NCBI GenBank assembly: GCA_977018835.1
Contig: OZ361256.1
Span: forward strand, 6,076,001-6,140,000
Reading direction: 5' to 3'
DNA length: 64,000 nucleotides
DNA from: Minutocellus sp. GHC0000111
Lineage: Eukaryota
Under the pieces are notes generated by a model. That model saw only the letters and a list, made by a program, of their open reading frames with translations, searched no databases and had not been told where the DNA came from. Below are positions 55,828 to 64,000 of the stretch, piece after piece (positions within the stretch are counted from its first letter, which is position 1; each line of letters begins with the position of its first letter). Position numbers and translations under genes: made by a program.

Positions 55828-58800
55828 TTACTTTGGACCCAGACATCGAGCGAAGAGTATGAAATGGCCAACGAAATTTCCAAATGATCCGTTGGCTACC
55901 TTTTCACTGAGTTCCCCAAGCTTGATTCCTTCTCGATGCAGTATTGGAATCTCAAAACTTTTATATGTAGATTTAAACATGCATCTTCCACATTGCTGTA
56001 GAAGAACGGCCCAGTGCAATAAATTGGTATGCAGCAGCAGTAGCTAATAGCGCCAGGGTGAATAGGCGTCTACTACGTGGACGCCACGTAGCTGCGAATG
56101 ATGCCTCTAACTTTTTGAGGCCCCTTTCGGTTGAAATGGGGCCCAAGGATGAGCCTACAATCCGTCTGTGAACGGAAGCTCGGCGTCGAGGTAAGATTTG
56201 TGCTCCCCGTCCTTGGTACCGGCTGAGCAAAATTTGGAGTAGTATTCCGTGGCAAGCCCGTCGTTGCCCATCTCAACCAAGTGCTGAAGGGCACCAATGA
56301 TGATTTCGTAGGGTCCATCGTGGAGGCTGGTATAAACTTCCTTGCTCGCATTGACGTCCTCGCTTGTCGATTTCGAGAAGATGACTTGTTTGACAGTTGC
56401 CTTGTGCATGCGAGCGAAATCAATACCGTACTCGGCCCCTTAGCAAAGGAAGTTATCGTGAGCAAAGTCAAGGATGGAACAAGTCTCGTCGGCGGATGAG
56501 AGGGAAAAGTTAACTCCTGAGCAGTACGTTCTCTTGATGCGCTGATGCTGAACGATGAGCCTACCAGCTAGAACGATGAGCTCGGCCTCGTCACTGCACA
56601 ACCCGCCAGTGGAATACGCCCTAGCTGCGCCCTTCCAGAGTGCCAGACAAGATTGGTGGAGTTGGTTAGCTTGTCCACGTCCCAAGTCGTCCAAGCGACA
56701 ATCTTCAAGTCCCTTGAGCTTGACACTAGTATCACAGGCGAAGGGACAGATGCCGATACGACGGAGATTGTACTTCACACTTCGCTCAATTTTGACCGTT
56801 TGATACGGGCCAGCAGATTCTTTCGGTATATGTTCCGGATGCTCTCGATGAGGTTGCACGCTAGAGACTTATCACCGATAGCCTCGGTGTTTGTGGCGAG
56901 ATTTGGAAGATTGAATCTAAGATCAGGCGAGAGAAATTTGCCATGGATAAGACTGATCATACGATAAGCCTCTTCAGACGTAAGGCCGTCCTTTCCGACC
57001 TTGTACAATCGCTTGTGGCAAAGAACAATCTGATTGGCAGTAGTAGCAAGGTTGTTGGCAATGCTGGCCCGGGAGGCCTTGACGAGGGCGCTGCGCCGAT
57101 GCTTTGCGAGAGATGTCCATTCATCAATGCAGTCGTCGAGGATGATCTTGGCCTCTCCTCATGAGTAGCCACTACCATAAATGTAGGGGCGGGAACGGTC
57201 AATCTCGTCATTTACATCGGCCTCTTTTTCTTCAGCATCATCTTGAATGGCAAAATTGGAAGTGATGCGAACGAGAGAAGCAAGTTTGGCCTTGAGGATG
57301 GTACTGGCATCTCCCAACTCGGAGATCATGGAGCGATAGTTGTTGGTCCAACCCAACAAACGGTTGGTAAGAGCCGAATCATACCCAACGTAAGTGGCGT
57401 GATTGCCCTTGGTCTCGACAAGGATAGTTTGAAGCGCACCAATCACCGGTCCGAGAAGATTAGACGAATACCGCATCATTTGAGACGCCGAGGTTGATTG
57501 GGCCTCAATCTTCTCGCCGATGAGCCCCTTCCAGCCCATGTCAAACGCTGGACGGAGGAACTCGTAGTAGACAAATTCCAGAAAGTGGAGAGACACGATG
57601 GGGCTGGACACGGAAAAGTCATCCCAAGCGTGCGTCTGATTGGATGGAATGACAATGATACAATGATTCAATGATGGAAGAACAATGATGGAAGGCAATG
57701 GAATTTGAGAGGTGTACATTTAGATTGATGTGTATATTGTATGTTTTCAAGAGAAACATAAGAAGAGATTCGATTTGACATATACCATATCAATGTAAAT
57801 TTTGTTGTTCCTTCACTCACCTTGTTTTTTCGGATGAAGAAGAAAAGACACCGTGCAGGGTCAGGTATCGCTGAACGATCCATCCGGCCTGCCGGGCCAA
57901 AAGTCGCCGATCCACGGGAGGGATGATGTGCTGGGCCAGCTTGTACTTGCTGCCGTTGTTGTCGTACTCGGACCGGTCCTCCCAGTCACTGTACATCCGG
58001 TCGTCTTCGTCCCTGTCGAGACGACAGTCGATGGTTTCCTCTACGGCAAGGCGCCATACTCGGGCAGCTTCCAGGAGGATGGGAAGGTAGTGTCTCCGGG
58101 GGACGATGGCGGTGATGATGCCCTTGCCGGCATCGCTGGCGAAGGCAGTTGTGGTGGCCGCCAGGGGGTGCAGGTCCATGGTGGTGTTGAGCAGCTCCCT
58201 CCACGAGATGCCTCGTTCGTAGGCCTCGTTCCATTTGTAGGCCCCCTCGACGGACTTGGCTTGGTAGAGCATGTCATCGAGGATCTGGGCAAAGAACTCG
58301 TCGGCGGTGATGCCCTTGCTCGCGCTTGTGGTCGGGCCGCAGGTGTTTGACGATAATTGCATCACTGGAGGTATTGAAGGAAGAAAAAGCGGTACTTGTC
58401 ATGCCGAGATCGAGTAGGCCGCCGCCGAACGGCGAAATTGACGCATTGCCGACTTTTGGCAGCTGGATGAGTGGAGGTGCTGCTGGAGATGACGATGCCG
58501 GCGAAGACGACGAGGAGGAGGATGCCGAAGAAGAATTCGAAAGCTGGCCTAACGGGCCTACTTCGTTGTCAAAAGGCGACTTCTTGAGCAGGTTGAGATT
58601 GGCACCGAGCGACGACGATGTTCGTGTAAGAACGCCCAAATCGTCCAATTCCTGGACAGACCTGGGCGTTTCTTCTACATTCCAGGGAATTGACGCGGAG
58701 AAGGCCCGGGATGTCATCGTCTTCATTTCCAGCATCTGTTGGTGCATGGCTGGACGTTCGTCATTCGAGTGCAACTGGAGGTCGGAGGATTTGCCGGCAC

Positions 58801-59097
58801 CGCTACACACACCACTTTCGTCGCCGTCACAGGCCGAAAAAAGATGATCGTGCTGCAGGTGCTCGACGGACGAAGGGATAAGCCGGAGCAGGTCGTCATC
58901 GTCTTCCTCCCTGCTGCTGGCAGCATCGGCATGCCCGGTTGGAGCCATCGGGTTGGCAACTGTTTGTTCGCCTGAGTTTGTGCTCGGTCGAAAATAGGTT
59001 GTGTTGTTTGGGCCGATTGTACGAACAGCAGCCAGCACACAAGGGCAAAAAACAAGAGCAAGGCTGACGTGGTTGAGTATTTTTTCATTGCGTCCAT
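55828..59097 (-). pseudogene. Unknown large multi-exon gene, copy A (multiple lesions)
   Basis: Collinear homology with 61186-64000; in-frame TGA at 57159-57161 (copy B has CGT); frameshifts near 56820 and 58350; TAA at 56440-56442. Ends approximate. Confidence 0.7.
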
Positions 59098-59310
59098 GTT
59101 CTTGTTGAATGCAGGCTTTACGTCACTCAACAAGAGTCGCTGGCTCGTTCTTTGTTGATAGAATGGCATGTCTTGAGTACTACTAGTAGATCTAGAGTCA
59201 GTAGGCCTTTTTTCGGATGCTTTCAGGCCAAAGAATCTAGCTAGCAATTTTTTCGCAGATGTTCAACCACAGAAAGCCGAGGTCAACGCTGCCGTTACTA
59301 CACGTAGTAA

Positions 59311-60169
59311 GGGCCTGGTCTGTGACGCTCAGTGTCACATTTTGACTGTGCCTCGTGTACGTGGCTGTCACAGATCCGGGCCTCTAACTAACTCAAAATC
59401 CTAACTTTTCATGGCCGGCTGGCGTTTTGTTACGTCACGTGTCTTCTCTCTAGCAAAAGTGAATGTCGACATATTTGAAGATGTAGTTGTTGCGGCGACG
59501 CTTCATGCCAACCTAGCCATTCATTGCCTTTTGTTCGTTTAACGTCGTCAGTCTCATTGACGGCGGAGGGGGAGGTTGGATTGCTCAGTCAGCAGCAGCA
59601 TGTGTCGTGTGTCAATCAAAACAATAGTCAAAATGAACAAAGCGCCGACTGTTGACGAGGTCGAAGCTTTTTTTGCCAACAACGCATGCCGTCGTGGCAT
59701 TCTAGATGTGGCACAAGCAGTCTTCGTCTTCTCTGGGAGTCATCTCTGCATTCACATGTGAAACACGCACTGAAAGCACGGGCGGATCGCGTTTCTTCTT
59801 GTGCTTCTAATTTTTCGTTTCATGGATCGATTCGCGTGCTGAAAATAGACAGATACGCCAAAGAAAAGCGGTTCTACGACAACATAGCGCGATCTGTGGC
59901 AGCGAGATGTGTGTGATTGCCTGCTTGCCCGCTGAAAGTTGACACCATGGTAGACTTCGGAAAATGAAGCGAAAAAGCAGGTGTGGCATGAGTCGAACTA
60001 GTCAAATAATTCGGACAGGTAAAGGACCTTTCTTGTATTAAAAAAATCGAAACTACTCATTTATTCGACAGCGAGGTATTTTTTCTGTCCAGCTGTAGAG
60101 ATTTTGAGGTCGTTTGGCCTATTGGACTTGTTCGACTGAAGGATTTCTGGCTGTCACAGAAGGGGGGCC
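59311..60169. mobile_element. Possible small TIR element or remnant
   Basis: GGGCCTGGTCTGTGAC (59311-59326, preceded by TAA) is imperfectly inverted to GTCACAGATCCGGGCC (59367-59382) and to GTCACAGAAGGGGGGCC (60153-60169). tggctgtcacaga is directly repeated at 59362 and 60148. Confidence 0.3.
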
Positions 60170-60214
60170 TATTTATTTACTAGGCCTACGTAGCTAGTAC
60201 ACGTAAGATTTCAG

Positions 60215-61005
60215 AAATGATGACGAAATTGACGACGACACCTCGGTCAACGGCAAGGAGGAGGACGATGGGCCGAAGAAGAAGAAGAAGAAGATGACCA
60301 AGGCCGAGAAGGACGCCGCCGAAGTGATGGTAAGTAATTTTGCCTTTTCGTTTCTGCGATTTCATCTGTTCCTTATCGTCTGTGCATCCTCACAATTATT
60401 TCGTCATCCGCTACCCACCCTCCACCATTTGGAAACAGGAGAATTGGGTGGAGCTCCTTCGCAATGGTGAGCTCGATGATGAGAAGCTGGAAAATCTCCG
60501 GTCCATCGCCGAGTCCGTCGACCTCTCCACCGAGGGTGACGAGGCTGACATCCTCGATCGGCTCAACAAGTACGTCGATGCCACCGGAGGTGGCAAGAAG
60601 GGTGGCGCAAACGACGGCAAGCCCCCCACGCCCACCAAGAAGAAGCCTACCAAGAAGAAGCGCCGTGGTCGTCCTCCCAAGAAGAGCGAGAAGGATGACA
60701 ACGATACGGCCATCACCGAGGAGGCGTCGAGCGATGGTGTCGACCCCCGTTCTGTCAAGAAGGCCCGTACCGCCGTCAAGATTACACCCCAGCCTTTTCC
60801 TCCTCCTTCTCGTAAGCGCCTCCGTATGAAGAAGGTCGAGGCCGCCGAGGCCGAAGGTCTCTATGGCACCGACTACAGCGGCCTCAAGAAGCACTATGAG
60901 GACGCTTTCGGAGAGGAGCTCGAGCCCGGCCATGGAATGGGTGATGACGAAATCCGCGCGAAGCTCTATCACAGCGGCTTCATGCGCAAGAAGAAGTCCG
61001 AGTAA
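60215..61005 (+). CDS. Chromatin-type protein with SAP-like helix pair, AT-hook and poly-Lys NLS; intron 60330-60438; 5' start not located
   Basis: KKKKKK tract; LENLRSIAESVDLSTEGDEADILDRL (SAP-like); KKRRGRPPKK (AT-hook core); strong codon bias; GT-AG intron in frame. Confidence 0.7.
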
Positions 61006-61185
61006 AGCAGCAGCAATACCGACGGGGATCATTCGGTATCCTGCTGCTTCAGTTCGGATTGCTGGTGATCATAGATGGAATGATCGCGCGATAGTTTCAA
61101 TGCTTTTGTAATTTATGGATCGAGCGGATTCTATGCATATGTACCCCTAGATAGAAGATAAAAATAGTTTAGTATTAGCGAGCCA

Positions 61186-64000
61186 TCATCTTTGGCCATC
61201 ATCATTGAGTATCGATTGGCGCGTAAATCGAAGCACTGCATTACGAAAAATCCCGAGGAGGCCGATCTGTTGAGCGAAGAATGTAAAATTGCCAACGAAA
61301 TGTCCAAATGATCCGTAGGCTACCTTCTCGATGAGTTCCCAAAGCTCGATTCCCATTTTCGATGCGTTATTGGAATCTCGAAAATTAATTGTAATATGTA
61401 TTTTTTTCTGTATTGGGAGCAGTTGCGTCGCACTGACTCCTTCTTTGGTTTGCGATCTCTCTAGGATTCGCACTTTTTTTATACTCGTTAAAACACGCAG
61501 AAGATCGTCTTCTGGCAAAGTAGGTGGACATCATCTACATCGTTGTAGATTGAATTGAATAAAAATGCAGTAGCAATATCAATAGCAATAGCAATTGTCA
61601 AAACATTGTCGGATGAATCAGCGTCTACGTGGACGTCACGTAGCTAGCTGCGAATGAGGCTTCTGACTTTTTGAGGCCACTTGTCCCATCGGGGACGAAG
61701 GATGAGGCCACAACCTGTCTGTGAACGGAAGCTCGGCGTCGAGGTAAATCTTGTGCTCCCCGTCCTCGGTACCGGCTGAGCAAAATTTGTGATAGTATTT
61801 CGTGGCAACTCCGTCGTTGCCCATCTCAATCAAGTGCTTAAGAGCTCCAATGACGATCTCGTAAGGTCCCTCTTGGAGGCTTGAATAAAACTCCTTACTC
61901 GTTTCGACGTCCTCGCCCGGCGATTCCGAGAACATGACATGCTTGACGGATGTCTTGTGCATGCGGGCGAAATCAATACCATACTCAGCCCCTTAGCAAA
62001 GGAAGTTATCGTGAGCAAAGTCAAGGATGGAACAAGTCTCGTCGACGGATGAGAGGGAAAAGTTGACTCCAGAGGAGTAAGTCTTATGGATGCGCTGGTG
62101 CTGAACAATGAGCCTACCAGCTAGAACGATGAGCTCGGTCTCGTCACTGCATAACCCGCCAGTGGAATACGCCCTAGCTGCGCTCTTCCAGAGTGCCACA
62201 CAAGATTGGTGGATTTGGGTAGCTTGCCCCCGTCCCATGTCTTCCAAACGACAATCTTCAAGTCCCTTGAGCTTGACACTAAGATCACCGGCGAAGGGGC
62301 AGATACCAATACGACGCAGATTATAATTCACATTTCTCTCAATTTTGAGCTCCTGATGTGGGCCAGCAGTCTCTTCCGGGTACATGTACCGGATGCTCTC
62401 GATGAGGCTGCACGCCAGGGACTTATCACCGATGACTTCGGTGTATGTTGCGAGATTGGGAAGATGGAATCTAAGATCGGGCGAGAGGAATTTGTCATGA
62501 ATGAGATCGACCAAACGATGAGCCTCGCAAGGAGAAACGCTATCTTTTCCGAACTTGTACAGTCGCTTGTGGCAAAGAACGATCTGATTGGCAGCAGTAG
62601 CAAGGTCGTCGGCGACGTGGGCTCGGGAGGCCTTGACGAGGGCGCTGCGCCGATGCTTTGCGAGAGATGTCCATTCATCGATGCAGTCGTCGAGGATAAT
62701 CTTGCCCTCATCACGTGAGTAGCCTTTGCCATACATGTAGAGCTGGGAGCGGCCACCCTTATCGTCTAGATCGGCCTCTTTTTCTTCAATATCCTCCTGA
62801 AAGGTGAATTTGGAAGTGATGCGAACGAGAGAAGCAAGCTTGGCTTTGAGGATGGTACCGGTATCTCCCAGCTGGATGATCACTGAGCGGTCGTTGTTGG
62901 CCCAACCCAACATACGGTTGGTATGGGCCGGGCCATACCCAACGTAGGCGGAGTGATGTCCCTTGGTCTCGACGAGGATGGTTTGAAGCGCGCCAATGAC
63001 GGGTCCAAGAAGGTTGGACGAATACCGCATCATTTGCGATGCCGAGGATGACTGGGCCTCAATTTTCTCGCCGATGAGTCCCTTCCAACCCATCTCAAAG
63101 GCTGGGCGGAGGAACTCGGCGTACACAAAGTCCAGGAAGTGGAGAGATACGACGGGTTGGAGCCGGAAAAGTCGTCCCAAGCGTGGGTCTGATTGGAATG
63201 CGAATAATTCGAAGAAAAGAAAAGTGAAGGAAGAAAATAAAATTTGAGCGGTTGTGATCTGTTTCATATGTAGACATATCTTTCAAGGCAATCATAAGAT
63301 AAGACGTGATTTACTATATGCCCTACAATTGCTCACCTTGTCGTTATTGGCATCGTTGCCGGCAGGAGAAGTAAAGACACCGTGCAGGGCCAGGTATCGC
63401 TGAACGATCCATCCGGCCTGCCGGGCCAAAAGTCGCCGATCCACGGGAGGGATGATGTGCTGGGCCAGCTTGTACTTGCCGCCGTCGTTGCCGTCATAGT
63501 CGGACCGGTCCTCCCAGTCACTGTACATCCTGTCGTCTTCGTCCCTGTCGAGACGACGGTCGATGGTTTCCTCCACGGCACGACGCCATACTCGGGCAGC
63601 TTCCAGGAGGATGGGAAGGTAGTGTCTCCGGGGGACGATGGCGGTGATGACCTTGCCGGCATCTCTGGCGAAAGCAGTTGTGGTGGCCGCCAATGGGTGC
63701 AGATCCATGATAGTGTTGAGCAGTTCCCTCCACGAGATGCCTCGTTCGTAGGCCTCGTTCCGTTTGTAGGCCTCCTCGACGGACTCGGCTTGGTCGAGCA
63801 TCGAATCGAGGATCTGGGCATACAGTTCGTCGGCGGTGATTCCCTTGTTCGCGCTTGTGATCGTGCTGCTGGCATTTGTCGATGCAATTGCATTACCGAA
63901 GGCAGAAGTACTAAACGTAAAACTGGCACTTGTCATGCCAAGGTCGAGTAGGCTGCCGCTGAACGGCGAAATGGACGTATTGCCTACTTTTGGCTGCTGG
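61186..64000 (-). CDS. Unknown large multi-exon gene, copy B (5' part outside window), with an internal in-frame TAA
   Basis: ORFs 63292-63936 and 61993-63267 are intact and collinear with copy A; differences from copy A are enriched at third codon positions of the minus frame. TAA at 61993-61995 is followed by in-frame GAEYGIDFARMHK... Confidence 0.65.

Overview
Gene-dense eukaryotic nuclear DNA, almost certainly from a diatom. Several genes carry bipartite signal-peptide + AF (ASAFAP-type) plastid presequences, introns are short GT-AG, and diatom-type domains are present. Recognisable genes: NPL4-like (partial), plastid HSP90, two divergent MATE transporters, an inverted pair of bacterial-type aspartate-ammonia ligases (asnA; one with an intron, one without), TauE/SafE transporter, PLA2-like protein, PhyH-type dioxygenase, several F-box proteins, Tim44, coproporphyrinogen III oxidase (hemF), a JmjC protein, ELWxxDGT-repeat and Pmp-repeat surface proteins, a sulfotransferase-like protein, CIA30, UBC9 and a Nudix hydrolase. 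Mobile and repeat content: a 4.0-kb Tc1/mariner element (TA TSD, ~48-bp TIRs) with a decayed transposase and an intact convergent cargo ORF ending in an HTH-like motif; an adjacent 1.5-kb non-coding TIR element; a six-copy ~184-bp tandem array; and a tandemly duplicated unknown gene (offset ~5.55 kb) whose copies share an in-frame TAA and an apparent +1 shift. Many lineage-specific genes carry stops, frameshifts or short tandem duplications, so either the segment is decaying or the consensus has errors. All family calls come from motif recognition by eye, not database searches.
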